DNA of 62,955 nt, counting the filler, from Hausera hauseri (taxonomy: Eukaryota), in NCBI GenBank assembly GCA_046269625.1. It is 9 parts of 9 records of this genome, joined end to end, with 100 filler letters (N's around TTAATTAATTAA, not from the genome) between each part and the next. Parts side by side here need not be neighbours in the genome. Positions count along the whole stretch, not along the records: positions 10,299 to 14,955 come from JBJURY010487353.1; positions 15,056 to 20,487 come from JBJURY010256514.1; positions 20,588 to 30,795 come from JBJURY010225519.1; 6 more parts are not named here. One strand, 5' to 3'. Positions 11,173 through 25,117 of this stretch are shown piece by piece; position 1 is the first letter of the stretch, and every line of letters starts with the position of its first letter. The notes beneath the pieces were generated by a model. That model did not search any database, was not told the origin of the DNA, and saw only the letters and a program-made list of their open reading frames with translations. The translations under genes were made by a program, and so were the position numbers.

Positions 11173-14100
11173 ATCTCCAGCTTCATCAACTGTTACAGCT
11201 GCTTCGTCCACAACAAACACAGTTACCACAGCAACGAATTCAGTTATTTCCACACAGTCAAACAATTCAAGCCCAAGCACCCCATCACATGCAAGCTCCA
11301 ACAAGCCTTTGGTGAATACTACAGCTTCTTCAACTACCAATAATGTCAAAGGATCAGCTCGTGAGTTCTCTTAACATCTTAGTTCTCTTAGCAGTCTGTT
11401 TTGTGTTCTTGCTATACATATGTAATTGGTGTTTTGTAAATCATTTTTTCTGTGGCAGATCACATTCTCGTCACATTAGTATTATCTTGAAGACCCCACA
11501 CCACATGCTTCACAATTTATAACAATAATTAATTATTATTTTATGTCTTTCTCCTGGTCTTTTATTTCTGTCTCATTCTGTATCTCTTGTTACGCCCGTA
11601 TAAATTTGTCTCTCATTCTTTATCTCATCTATTTTTCTCACTCTACATCTCTTTCATATCTCCGTTGGTGAGTATGGGTGTGAATCATGGACGGATATAC
11701 AAAAAGATTCATTGTTTCGAAACAAAGTTATACCGAAATGTCTACAGAATGCCATTGACCAGAAACAAACAAAAACATACCGTAAGAACTGACCATCAGA
11801 GAAAACTGGGTTATAAACATAATCTTGTCTCAAAAAGAGAAATAATTTGGCCACAGTAAAAGCCACAAGGCCTGGAAAGCAGCGTAATGATAACCACTCT
11901 ACTCATCATATTTTGAGTATGAAGTAAGTTGACCAACTTGTATGAGTTGAACCCGCGCAGGCCCGGGTAGATTTTGGCCAATACGGGCAGAGCGTTTTTC
12001 CTCCAGGTGAAAAGTTCAGTTCACTTGGCTTTTCTAGCCTGTCTCCGATATTGCACTGCTATTATTCTAGATTTCTATTATGCAGCTGCACGATTTAAAA
12101 GAGATTTGCACCATGAAGTCCGTTCTTGTGCTGCAGCTTCTCGTGTATCAGGGTTTATGCCAAAGTGGTCTGGACACAACAATAATAGATTGTTAGTTAT
12201 TGAGCTCCACATCACCTAGCGTCAACTCGTCTGGATGAGCAGGACTGTGTAGTTCTAAGACTGTCTGTGGAGGACGGTAGCCGTGGTTTCCTGCTGCGCC
12301 GATGGTGTTTGGGAAATGGACCCAGGTCCCTCAGGCGGTAGTGCAATGCCTGTTCTTCTAAACGTCATCTACCAATCAGCTGCGACCCATATCAAGCCCA
12401 CGCCCATTACCCGGCAGATTTCCCTACCTTTGTGCAGAGACACAGTTTGAACGTGGGCAGAGGATCGTGGCTGAATATGATTCGTCAACCCTGGCACTGT
12501 GTATCACATCCGGCTATCGGTCGCCGCCCGCACAGTACATTCGTCTCCAACAATAATAGAACATTATGGTTCCTGGCACCAAGGTAGAGGTCGATCAATA
12601 GTGTCGGACACAAGGCATCACAGAAACTCTTAAAATGAATTGAAAGAAACATCGAGCAATCAAGGCAGAGAGTCTTTTAGACTGGCTGTGATGTCTGAAA
12701 TAGGCATGCTTCATGCTGATGGTTTCATTACTTCCTAATGCAAGTTTTTAATTACTAAGCCACGTCTGTGGATTCTGTATAAACTTGTCAAATACTCCGA
12801 TAAAAATCCATATTTAATACATTTGTTTTCAGCTGATCAGTTTCGTCACTGGCCATGTATTTAATTAAGTTAATTAAATCTTCACAGAATGTCCTTTTTT
12901 GTATGGATTCTACCCCGATAGCAACTGCTCTTTCTACGTTGTGTGTGAAAATGGCACCGTCATTCGTCGAATCCAGTGTCCTTCCCAAACTATCTTCAAC
13001 CCCAACACGAAAAAGTGTGAAAAACCTAGCACCTCACTTGCATGTCCTAACCAGAGTAAGTATTGTTAAACCCGCAAATAGCAAACTATTTCAACATGTA
13101 TTCTTTCTCTTATCGCTTTTATACAAGCAAGCTCTGTGAGTGCTCTTGGTAGCTTACGGCCGCGGCCTTACACAGTGCTCGACCGGCAACCAAGGCCTCC
13201 GTCCATGTTCTAATCCTGACTCCTAAGGCAAGGAAGGGTAACATACCGACCAACAGGCGGAGGCTTGAGGTGGTCCCAACCATTGCATTCCTGACTGGAG
13301 GACCTTGGACCACCTCCCACATACTCACGGGTGCAGCAGGAAACCTCAGCTTACTCCTTTTATTTTTTTCAGGACTTTAACTGAGGCTCACCTAGAAGAG
13401 TTATTCGCTCCTTGATGCGGGTTATAACCACAACTACTACAATACTGTTAACTGTTTGTCACTTTTCATCACTATTGTAGTGTATACTGAGCAGACAGTT
13501 ACTTTGTAGCTTTTTGTTACTTGTGACACTAGTAGTGGACGAAGTGTCTTGTTCATCTTGTATGAAACCTTGCTAGAAAGTGCTGACCAACTACAGACGA
13601 CACCCATAAACTTCTGGAACAAGGGGACACAAACTGATAGATTGAACCAGTACTTACGAGACGTGCACCCACTTGCCTATCGCAAGATGACGGGTTCGAA
13701 CTCAACATTGGTGGGCCCAATGTTTTTGACCAAAACGAGTCTGTCTTCTTAAAATGTGCGACGGAGAAATTCTGTGGGAAACTACAGGCGACCTAACATT
13801 GCAACTCAGTTTTGACCACATACCTCAGTTTGCGCCGTTGGTCAAGGTAAAGTGTGGACACTGCCTCCATATTCTCTTATACGCCTTTAGAGTGGACAAT
13901 ACACCTTTACTTAGATCTCACTCTAAGATTCCTGAATTTCTCTCCTTTGATGCGTGTTTACTAAGGAATGTATTATTTTGAGCTTGTTCTTCATACAGCT
14001 CCTCTACCTGGAACTTGAAACGTTCACAACCTTCCAACTCTCCTTTATTCCAATATTCCTCCTCTGTGAGCAAAATTCAATGAATGTTTCAGATAACAAT

Positions 14101-14833
14101 TCTTGCGTCATGATATCAATACTCACAGCATGGTCACAAATGTCACATTTGACCTGGTTCACATTTTCCAAATCATGGAATGTGTCGATACCATAGTTAA
14201 ATAGTAAATGTTTGTTAGGTCATTTTTACATACAAACGTACAATGGAGGAAACCTATATATGTTTATTTAACAGATACATTACTGATCATTTCTAAGTGA
14301 TTACTCATGTTCTATGTTCCTCGACAAAGTTTTATGTTCCTGGCGAAGACTTGTAGTCGTAAAGCAAAAAACATTGTATAGTTTTTTCTAGAAAGGTTTT
14401 CGGTACCAGCTTGAAATTTTCTCTCCATTAAAACTGAATTGAAATTATTTTCTGGCTTTATTTTTTTATTGTACATTGACACACAGACATCAAAGTAATT
14501 TTTCCCTCAATTCAGCAACGTCGACCGCCTCCACGCCTTCATCTGACAGAACTACTCAGGCTGCTATAACCAGCATTTCTCTTACAACGTTACTGAACAT
14601 TACAACAACAGCACCGATTGCACGTAACATCTCGAACACCTCAGCAGTCAGCACTACGACTGCAAGAGTACTCAATATCACATCAGTAACAAGAGTACAC
14701 AATCTTACAACAACGTTTGCTAGATTTAATACAACAATTGCAACTGAAACAACTTACACAACTTCAAGTATATCAAATGCTACAACTTCATCTGCACTAT
14801 CTACAGCTTCACAGACCCAAGGAACAAGTTGTG
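11173..14833 (+). CDS. Partial mucin-like (Ser/Thr-rich) extracellular protein; exons 11173-11360 and 14516-14833
   Basis: AG..GT-bounded S/T-rich exons with compatible phase-1 junctions; many NxS/T sites in the second exon. Confidence 0.65.
12600..13130 (-). pseudogene. Possible decayed hAT transposase core (intronic)
   Basis: STNDGA..VERA and TFCEDLINLI resemble the hAT TTDGA and CxxHxLNL motifs. Confidence 0.4.
13690..13870 (+). mobile_element. Diverged SINE copy
   Basis: B box GGTTCGAACTC plus tail TGACCACATACC..GCCGTTGGTCAA..TGTGGACACT shared with the other SINEs. Confidence 0.6.
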
Positions 14834-14877
14834 GTAAGTGCTAACGTTTAGACACTAACATGTATTTTACATATTAC

Positions 14878-14955
14878 GTGTGTGTGTGCACTCGTGTGTG
14901 TGAGTGAGTGCGTGTGAGTGTGTGTATGTGTGTGTGTGTGCGTGAGAGAGAGAGA
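14878..14955. repeat. (GT)n/(GA)n microsatellite at contig end
   Basis: Seen directly. Confidence 0.9.
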
Positions 14956-15055
14956 NNNNNNNNNNNNNNNNNNNNNNNNNNNNNNNNNNNNNNNNNNNNT
15001 TAATTAATTAANNNNNNNNNNNNNNNNNNNNNNNNNNNNNNNNNNNNNNNNNNNN

Positions 15056-15731
15056 ACAGAAAGGAGGAACACAGAGAGTCAGGAAGGACCCACAGTAAAA
15101 AGGACGTTTGAAGTAGGGGATCAGGTGCTGGTGCGGAAGGAATCCGGAACAAAGGAGAAAGACAAATACGAAGGCCCGTACACGATCATTGAGAAAGTTC
15201 ACGGCAGGCGATACAGACTACGACATGAAGATGGCCAAACCTTGGAGAGAAACGTAGAGAATCTACGAAGATTTTTACAAAAGGGGGATGTGAGGAAATT
15301 CTAAATTTAAATTAGAAACATTTTAAAATGTAAAAAAAATTAAATTTATAAGTGTAATATTAAAAGTTTGATTCACATTTAGAATTTGGGAAAATTGTTT
15401 GTGAAAATTTGTTTCCAAATAAGTATTTTAGATTACAATAAAATTTTCCAACATTGGTGTTACTTTTCAATCAGCAATTACAAACGATCAAATTTTGATT
15501 TAGCTGATAGACCAAGGGACTGGGATTTCCCAAACTTACCCAAGCAAGGCGACGAGGTGGACGGCGTGGATGCGTAGGCGGTTAACAATTGTATTTAACT
15601 TTTTATTACTGTGTTATACTTATTGTTCAATAACAAGCATTCAGAAAAGTTTACTAATTAACAAATTATACTATTTAATTCATTCTTAAGCATCCCACTT
15701 TAGAACCAATCTTCTGATCCAATTTGTCACA
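15056..15731 (+). mobile_element. Gypsy 3' end: integrase C-terminus, PPT (~15279-15288) and 3' LTR 15289-15731 (TGTGA...TCACA)
   Basis: FEVGDQVLVRK..KYEGPYTIIEKV..YRL..RNVENLRRF (GPY/F module), AAAAGGGGGA PPT, inverted LTR termini. Confidence 0.8.
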
Positions 15732-16282
15732 CTTTTCAACATTGTTCATTTACAAAGTTATAACAATTTAATCATCATGTTCATCATAGTAGGCAGGGAA
15801 TATTTTCGTACCATTGAATATTTGTTTTGAAACAACAATGCTGAGTAGGACATTTAGTGTTTATCTGTATGGTGTGATATTAATTTGCATTCCACAGCCT
15901 GTTATTGACCACCATTTTAATATCATTGCTAATCCATAAGTAAAATCTGCATCAATGACAGAGAAATTGAAGCGTCTTTCACTTTGATTTTTAATAATTT
16001 CTTGCTTCATAACAAATGACTTTATCCTCTAATATACTGGCATATATACCATATTTAATAGAATTTCATTGGTTACATATGACTTAATTTCTATGTCACA
16101 ATGAATACAATATTCTTATTTCTTTTTACTATTGTAATAAAAATAAACAAACACTGAGAATAAAAGTTTTGTCCATACATTCTTCATCCCTCATTTTCAT
16201 TGGCTGAAATTTCACTGGATGAAAATAACTATAAATAAATTGTTGAAATTACTTTTTTGGAAGTACAATTTTACTTCGAAAA

Positions 16283-19200
16283 ATGATATATTTTATTAAT
16301 TACTTTATTTCTATTTTATTATATTTTAGAATTGTAACTACAATCATTGCACCAACCAATTCCACAAATAGGAAAAGTGTGACAAAACAGTGGAATCTTA
16401 TGGAGTTCAAATTAACATATCTGAGTTTTACGTCTGCCAACAATGTGAAATCATTTTGGCTCTTCAATCCCCAGAGTACAGAAAACAGCATCGGGATCAC
16501 TTATCATATTTCACCAAATCCAAAAAAGCGATACTCAAAAATTACCTTGAGATGATCAACATTGCCAAACAATTTATAGCAGGTCAGCAAATACCAACAA
16601 CATTAGCACATCGACAGCAACAACAACAACCAGTTAAGTGGGAAATCAAAAGAAATACAAATACGAAAACTGCCAAAATACAAAAACTTGATGAACATTC
16701 AATGATTAAAAAGACTTCACATGTACAAAAAATAAGACTCATTGTATAATCTGTTGTTGACAATAATTATTTTCATCTTTGTTTCGGTGTGCTGCCCGAC
16801 CAACTCATTACTACTAGACCGCCTGAAGAGATTCTGTCTATCTTACATATGTACACTTCTCGATTTCCGTCTTGCAAGATTCGTAGCGGTCTGGAAATTA
16901 TGTTTACTAATACTGAGAGGGGCATTAAGAGGCTTATATTTCACATAGAGCTGTCCCTTATAAACAGTTTTACCCAAAATCTATATCTGATAGCCTACGT
17001 AAACAAATTGAAAATTTTGCCGAAATGGGTAGTGTATGGAAGATAAGATTTTGAAATACTGCTTTCATATAGTCAAAACAAATCCACTACCTTATTTGTC
17101 TGGAAAATAATATCTGCAAACACCTGACGCTTTACATTTTACAAAGGCAGTTATCAGTGTACAGAATGAGGATAGTTTAGGCTTCCTGTACTCCATACTT
17201 GCTGTGACAAAGTATTCTTCTATTGATAGTCATGGGTATCGCGTCACCAATTACATTCCTAACTTAGGTGACTTGAAATATTCTTTGCATGACATACCTA
17301 CAAAAACATGCAACATAAGAAAATTTAAGAGACAGAATCCACAACTTTCCATTAATGTCTTTTTGTATCATGAGGAGGATGATGTTAAATTTGATGTAGA
17401 TATAGGAAAAAATCCGTTTGATGATATTTTGTATAGAAGCAAACATCCAAATGATTCTGTAGTAAATTGATGATTTTGGAAAATGATGATGGGTTCCACT
17501 ATGTAGCTGTTCCCAATCTAAATCGACTGTTGAATATGAACAGAAAGAAAATACGTAATGTTTGCATGGCTTCAGGTATAACACTGCTTATGCTAAAATT
17601 TTACTAATGTGTATGTCTTATTCCAAATGCATAACTTTGTACAAAATTCCCAAAAATAAGTTTTGTAAATTTAAAGACTGGTCACAATCTAAAAGTCCTC
17701 CTTAAGTCATATATGTTGACTTCGAATCGGTTCTATGTCCTGATGATAAAGTCAAGCATATTCATTTGCCTGCTGCAGCTGGTCTTTTGTTAGTATCCTC
17801 TACAGGTATTAAATATACGCAATTTGTTGGTGAAAATTCTATAATCGAATGTTTAGCTTACTTAGAGGAAATTGTCAAAGCCGTAGATTTTTATGCTATG
17901 AAAAAGATAAAAAAACAATGATGTCGTTAACTGTTGCTGAATGGACTGCCTTTAAAAATGCCACAGCCTGTTACCTTTGTCACGAAAACGGATCTGACTT
18001 TGTTCGAGATCAATATTATTTTACGGGTAAATGCTTAGGAACGTCAGATTAAATACAATTTACTAGTTATGTTTCACAGTTTGCGTGGACATGATCTCCA
18101 TCATANNNNNNNNNNAAAACACTCATTGAGAAAATTCAGCAGTTGGGAATTAAGTATTATTTCACAGAGGACTGAAAAATTTACGACTATGTTCGAGTAA
18201 AAAGTCTTTTACTATTAGACCTCTAGGCACTCTTCAGTTTTTACCAGCTTCATTAAAGACTTTAGCCGCCAGTTTAGATAGTTACCCATTTATAGAATCG
18301 GATTTTCCTTCGGACATCATTATGGGCAAAGGAATTTTTCCATACACTGCTGCCAAAACATTCAGTGACATGCATGTCGATTTCTCAGTTACCAACTAAA
18401 TGGACTGGTATCAACGACAGTGATTATCAGGTGGCTGAACTTACCTGGTCGAGATATAAGTGTAACAGCCTTTTAAATTATGTTTTCATACATGAAACTC
18501 GATGTATACTTGTTAGGAGATGTTTTTGAACGGTTTAGATAGGAGGTTAAGTTGCGGTATGGTTTAGAGGTGGTAAACTTCGTTTCAATTTCTGGTTTAT
18601 CTTGGGCGACAGCATTGACATTTAGTCCTTGTAACATTTAATTCATTCAAGATCCCGAAATGTATAGTTTCTTTCAATCAGGAATTAGCAGTGACATGAC
18701 TTTTGTAAATAAGCATAGGATGGTCTCTGATAATAGCACCAGTCTCTTGTATATATATGTAAATAATACGTACAGTTGGGCTTCATCACAACCTTTGTTA
18801 TTTCTGAATTTGACTTTGACATATGATGAAGATAAATTAAACAGCCTGATTGAGCAATTACCCTTTATTGATACTATTAGAGAAGAACGACGTTTAGTCT
18901 TTGAGGTTGATTTAAGCATCCCATCGGACAAGCATGATAAATTAGACCAACTGCCTTTAGCCCTAATTGGCCAATGTCCTCCTGGCTCCAAAGTAAAAAA
19001 ATTGTTGCTGACACATGAGCGTACGTTTAACTATGTTATTCACTATCGGCTTTTACAGTTGTATATCGAGTAGGCGCTGTAGTTGAAAAGGTTCACCGAG
19101 CTGTTGAGTTTGACCATAGTTATGTCTTTAAGGATTACATCGATTTAAATACTTCTAAGAGAGCTGCAACGAAAAATCCTTTTGACAAAGATTTCTTCAA

Positions 19201-19925
19201 GCTGAAAAACAATAGCTTGTATGGCAAAACAGTTGAAAATCTGTTGAAAAGATCCAACTTAAGATGGTGTAATAATGGTAAGAAGCTTGTTACTTATGCT
19301 AGTAAGCCACAGTTTAAAGAGAGTATTATAATAGCCGGTGGGCTGGTTGCCATTCGCCTCGATAAAGACATGAGTACATTAGATAGACCCTCATACATCG
19401 GACAGGCTGTTCTGGAACTTTCTAAGTTGAAAATGTATGAGCTGAATTATATCGAGTTGGAGTCTTATGGGTAATAGATCAATTGCGAGCTAAATATTAT
19501 TGCTGGTGACACAGACAGTTTCTTCCTCGAATGCCATAGTGTTGATTTGCGAACACAGCTCTTCCCAACAATGATAGCCAATGAACAGTTGGGTACGTCT
19601 AACTATGACAGCAGCGACCTGCTTTACTCTACTAGTTTTGCGTCTGTAATCGGAAAATGTAAGGATGAAAAGAAGGGTTGTATCGATTAACATGAGGCAA
19701 TTTTCTTGAGAACAAAATGTTATTCCTTGAAAACTCAAAGCAAACCAGTCCTCAAAGGCAAAGGAGTAAATCTCAGACAAACAGACTTAGAGTTCACCAA
19801 CTATTAATAGGCATATAAAAATGAGTATGGGACAGCAGTTGACCAGGAGTGTTTCGGTACAAGAATCATCAGTTAATGCCGATCAGCACGAAAAAGACGG
19901 CACTAGACCCGAACAAAAGATACTT
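16283..19925 (+). pseudogene. Protein-primed DNA polymerase B of a Polinton/Maverick-like element (copy 1, decayed)
   Basis: YVDFES (ExoI), CYLCH..RDQYYFTG (EndoVII-like), SLLYIYVNNTY.WA.SQPL (motif A), KLKNNSLYGKTVEN (B), IIAGDTDSFF (C); many stops and frameshifts. Confidence 0.9.
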
Positions 19926-20649
19926 GACAACCAAAAACAAGTGTCGCGTTTTGACATTATTGTATTTCGTTTGTATATTTCATACCAATAAATTTTTTTT
20001 CGTTCTATTTTTTTCTTTAATCCTATTCAGTCTATAAATTTCACTTATAATACATAACATTTATCACTAAGTAAAAACATTTAAAAACGTGCAAATCTTG
20101 ATAAAAATATACAAGTGAACCCACAAGGATACTACACACAAGTAAAACATTTCTCTGTTTTCTTTTAAATTTTTCTTTATTATTTGTAATACATATTGTT
20201 CGAACAAAAAGTTCTACATAGGCTTCCTTTGATAAAAGCATTGATTATGTATTTAATTTACGAATTGGATACTATCTATTTTCCCACTGCCTATATCTTG
20301 TGTGAGTCGCTTAATTTCACATTCTAAATCGAATTTGCAATTCCACATAGGGAATTAATGTATGTAAGCAGAATTAAAAAGTCACAATTGGCTTAAATGA
20401 TTATTGAAATTAACTGCCTTAACTGTACTTCAATTTGACACAGTAATATTTTCATAAAATTTGCGAAATTCAAACAAATGTTCCAAANNNNNNNNNNNNN
20501 NNNNNNNNNNNNNNNNNNNNNNNNNNNNNNNTTAATTAATTAANNNNNNNNNNNNNNNNNNNNNNNNNNNNNNNNNNNNNNNNNNNNATGCACCTCAAGC
20601 AAAACTGCAGCCACAGTGTCGCTTCAAACACAAAGCTCGGTAATTGAGT

Positions 20650-21030
20650 TACAAACACACATTCGTAAATGCAGCACAGTAAAAACAGCACAAACGTGGA
20701 CAAATAATCTGTGTTAAGTGACAAGATAAAGATAAGGATGTACTAGAGAGGACGGGACGGGAATCAATTATGGACAAAATCAGAAAGTGGAAATGTATAG
20801 GATGCCCACATCACAGAAAGAGAAAAGCAACATTGCTAAACACGCATTGCATTGGACTCTAAGGAAAGATGATGGTCTGAAGACCAACATTCTACAGAAA
20901 GACTCATGACAATCGAGATTAACATAGAGAGTTCATCGTGGAGCAGAATAAAAATATACACAGTGGATCGTGAAAGATGGAGGTCCACTGTGATGCTCCG
21001 GTAATGGGACGGACAGGAAGTAGTAGTTGT
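20650..21030 (+). mobile_element. RTE-like LINE 3' end
   Basis: IRKWKCIG..HALHWT..DRERWRS motifs followed by an (AGT)n-like tail. Confidence 0.55.
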
Positions 21031-21329
21031 AGCAGCAGGGTGATAGCAGTCTTCATGACCACCGCTGGGGGTTTACGGATGCAAACACATGCCATACGCC
21101 ATCTGATCCCTGCAATCCCCTACTTTGTCTGTTTGAAATCTCCCCACGACACGGACGCGGGGTTGGGGTATGGGAGGCAGACGCAATGTAGCCATTCTGT
21201 GTTCAATTTTCCCTGTACCGTGAAGACATGTAATTTACTACCTGACTGCGGAATTCCATGTGAACAAAGGTGTAAAGTTTCAAGTTTCAACCAGGATTAT
21301 CGCCATTCCACTCTGGGTCGACCCATAGG

Positions 21330-21645
21330 TGCTCGGAGTCTCCCAACGTGCACACCAATTCACCACGACAGTTCGGTGTTAATTCACGATCCGTGTGTGT
21401 TCTTCATGCCATGTAGAGTTAGTGTTTACATTTTTCCTCCACACCGGCACAAGATTAGGTTATGTCGTCACCATAACGCCAGGCCGCCTTTTTTTTCGCA
21501 GAGAATTTCTCCGGTACCCATTTTTTTTAGGCTGGGTGGGCCTCTGGAGCCGTTTCAATCGAAAATAATCTAATGCCCACCGCAGGGATTGAACCCACGA
21601 CCACAAGATCGGCAGACGAACGCACTAACCGCAACGCCAATGCTA
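21330..21645 (-). mobile_element. tRNA-derived SINE
   Basis: The reverse strand has A box TGGCGTTGCGG, B box GGTTCAATCC and core CCACCCAGCCTAAAAAAAATGGGTACC. Confidence 0.8.
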
Positions 21646-22024
21646 ATTACGATGTCGGTTTTTTCTTTTTTAACTATGGGCCATCAACAACAAATGCGGT
21701 GCTGGCCAGTTTGTCTGATCTCTCGTCCGCCCTGCATGACCAAGGACGCAGACGAAAGCAAAGCATCCTGCTTGGTAGTTGACTGTTGTATGAAATAGAG
21801 CTCTTGTTATCTCACCAGACTGAGTTTCTTTGAGCATGTTTATGTTATCATTCTGTATGAAGACGTGAATATAATGTCATCAGTATTTGCTGGAATACTT
21901 GATACGTGGAAGGGAGCGCAATTCACGTGCAGTGGCCGCGCAGTGTACGCCACGTGCAACTATAGTTAAATTGATTGGATGAGCACAAGATGCGTCACAC
22001 CTTTTGATAACCATAGTTCTAGAT

Positions 22025-22197
22025 CAGGACTATTCGAAATTGTTACTTCAGACACCCAGATGTTTGTGCTAGCAGTGGCTCAAGGCCCGGAAAACACTAT
22101 TTACACTTTCCAATGTTAAAATGCGGAAATTAAAGGTCCACAAAATAACTCTTAGCGGCCCACATGTGGACCGCGGGCCGCACTTTGAATGGCGCTG
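22025..22197. mobile_element. hAT-Charlie-like MITE
   Basis: CAG...CTG imperfect TIRs, internal GGACCGCGGGCCG, flanks TTCTAGAT / CTATAGAT resembling the NTCTAGAN 8-bp TSD. Confidence 0.5.
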
Positions 22198-24284
22198 CTA
22201 TAGATTTATTGTGACCCCTGGGAAAAGTATTCACCCATGGGTTAAAACGGCACTGCTTCCTGTCTTAGGTTATCAAAGAACTATTTTTAAAATGAACAGA
22301 CATGAAGAAGGATGTTAATTGCGGGTGGAGTTTTCCTTTTTTCCAATCCAACATTTCATACTTAAGAATTGTGGTCCACGTGATTCATCCTTTTAAAAGC
22401 TACAATTTAAGAGTAGACAGTCGTGATATTTAGCAAAGCTCAATGGGATTGATCGATAAGACTTGAGTTGGATTTCTAGAAAAGTCGCCTAATCTTTTAA
22501 GCAACGTCTATTTCTGTGCCATTAATAGTGACAAATGTATTGTATTAACTGTGACTTTGAAGATGATTCTTGCAAGGATATTTTGTAGTGAAATATGCGA
22601 TTCTTGCTGCCGGTTATCATGTGGTAAGTTTCAATTGTGATGATAGTTTACAAACGGCGATATGCACATGTTGCTGAGGTGAGATCATCTAGAATGGGGG
22701 AGAATGGAGTGTTTACGGATATATAAAAATTAAAATACATACAAAATATTACATTTCAATATTTTGAACCTTTAATCCCCTTGCATTCCTATCGAAAATT
22801 TACTCTCTCTCTCTCTCCCGTAGGCTCTCTCTCCCTTAAGTCTTCATTCAAGATGCTCAGAGAAATCTATCTCCAACCCGTTATGTTAACACTACAGTTA
22901 AGGTTCTTCTATCATTCCACTGTTTTCCTTTGGAGAAATCCATTTTTTTTTTCAAATATCTCCCCCAATTAAGTTTTGCATTAGCTATATAGTTCCTTTC
23001 CCTTTAACCAATCTTTTAACAAGATTAAATTTATTTTCCTTTCTCTTCAATCTCTCTCTCTCTCTTTCAGCCTTGTATGAAACTAATAGAATCTCTCTTC
23101 AGTAATGAAAGTGTTACTCGTTAATCTTGCTCTACCAAAATCCACATTTTCCTGAGGCCATTGAAATGTAGTTACATTAAAAATGGTTAATTTAACAACA
23201 TATTTCATTTATTTTTTTTCGTTAATTCTTAACTAAGTAACGTCTTCACCGGTAACATGGATGTCACCTTCCCCATCTCCGGGATGCATGGAGTCTTCTA
23301 TGAATGATCTCTGCTGTGACTTTCCCATTGACATTCAGGCATGCTGTTTAGTCAGTTGTTGATACGTTTTCTGCTCGATTGGTTGTTGGCGAATGCAGTA
23401 CTTTCAGAGTCAAGCGAGGTTTTCGATGAAGTTTGTTCTCATAAATGATTGGGTTCGGGTGTAGCTTCTTCGAATAATGTTTGGGTTTCTTGATGGCATA
23501 ACATATGAAGCTGCCGTTGGCGGAGTTTATGGGCGATAACAAGATTTGTCGCTGAATGAATGTTTTAGTAATCGTACGGCCTGATAGGTGTGGTTTAGTG
23601 TTCTCCCACACTCTCAGGTCTTCGTGTCGTAGTGGTGATGCGATGTTCTCCTCATCTTCGGGCTTGTTCTCCTGCCTTATCTCGAAGTAGGCGAGGTATG
23701 TTCTGCTGCCTTGCCTCGCCATACTAGAAGATTTTATTTAGTTAATTTAGTAATTATATATGTTGTATAGTTATTTATGCAGTTAGATGCACCATCATCA
23801 TTATTTTTGGTGACGTCATCATCTTGATGTCGTAATTTTTTCTTTAGTTAGGTTAATGAGTGATTAGGCTTGGATGGTGGCGTGTTATGTCTTGGTAGCG
23901 TATGTAAGATATGTAAGATATGTAGTAGATGATATATGCATAATCATCATCATCATTCTTTTTATAACGTCATCATCTTGATGACGTAATGTAGAGTGGT
24001 GCGATGAGGCGATGTGGTATCAGGTCCCATGGCATAGGAAATATAGCGACAAGACCTTCCCGAGACTTCCACGACTGGGGTGTATTGTTTCATGAGACAG
24101 AGGGCTAGTGTTGTTTAGGACATCATGTGAGAAGTTCTTATGTATAGGAGGAGAAGCAGTAGGTTATAATGGGAGTCTGGAGGAGCATTGTCGTGGTGTT
24201 GGAGTGTCTACAACGTTTTGGAGACGTCAGCTGGAGACCGCTTGAGGATTACTTGAGTAGTGTTAGCCCTTCTTGGCAGCAACG

Positions 24285-25112
24285 AGGTGATTCTAACATC
24301 GGACTAAAAACGCGTAGGGAGTTGGCCATCGTTAGTCGATAAATGGATATCATGGGAAAGTTACCTTCTGACTTCTTGCTCAAGACCGACACTTGATGAA
24401 CGGGGTGAACATGAAGGTCAAATTCACCCCATCAAAGGACGCGTTCAACCATATAGCCGACGAACGATTATAAATCAGTTATAATGTAAGCCGTCCTGGT
24501 GGTGAGGAAAGCCAAATTAAATCCATCCATCTCTCTAGCCCACGAAAAGGCCTTAACTACCGCAGAATGCGAAATAACCCATTAAAAGAGTCGTAATAAA
24601 GACACTGTATGTCCCCAGAGGAATGTTGTCGCACATTCAGTTTAACCTTTGCCTCTGTCAAACGCCCACGTGCATCGTGGTCAGGATAGTTAATTCCTCG
24701 ACCATTAATGGTACCTACAAAAATAATCAGTTCAACTTTCAACACTTTGGGTTGTCATATTTAACGTTACCGTCGACTGTCGGACGGCCACGAGAAAAGC
24801 CGTTAACGGCGGGTTTCGATCGCGACCATTACGCCCGAGCGTTTTTTAACCAAACTAGATATGGGTCTGATTGGTAAGGATTCCGGCTGCGATGTCGACC
24901 ACAGAAATTTTAAAACGGTTACGTCCTTTACGCTTTCGATTTAGTTCCTGGTCTTTTGGATGGCTGAACTCGTGAAAAACTGCCCTTTTTCATTAGAGTT
25001 TAAATTTTCCTCCGCGACACCGGATACATTATACGTCGTGGTGTACGCCGAACAAGACTGTATAATTGAAATTTCCAAGACTCGTTAATTGTTACTGTAC
25101 TTTTTGACTTAA
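24285..25112 (+). pseudogene. Polinton major capsid protein (double jelly-roll), C-terminal part, decayed
   Basis: QDRHLMNGVNMKVKF..SKDAF..VRKAKLNPSISLAHEKAL..PIKRV..NFQHFG..GYVLYAFDL.P..LEFKF..VVVYAE..IEI. Confidence 0.85.
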
Positions 25113-25117
25113 AAAGA

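Noticed and set aside
20041-20487. Possible RING or other accessory gene convergent with PolB copy 1
   Set aside because: Too decayed to recover a convincing motif
20977-21573. 198-aa ORF
   Set aside because: Runs across a LINE tail and an antisense SINE; probably spurious
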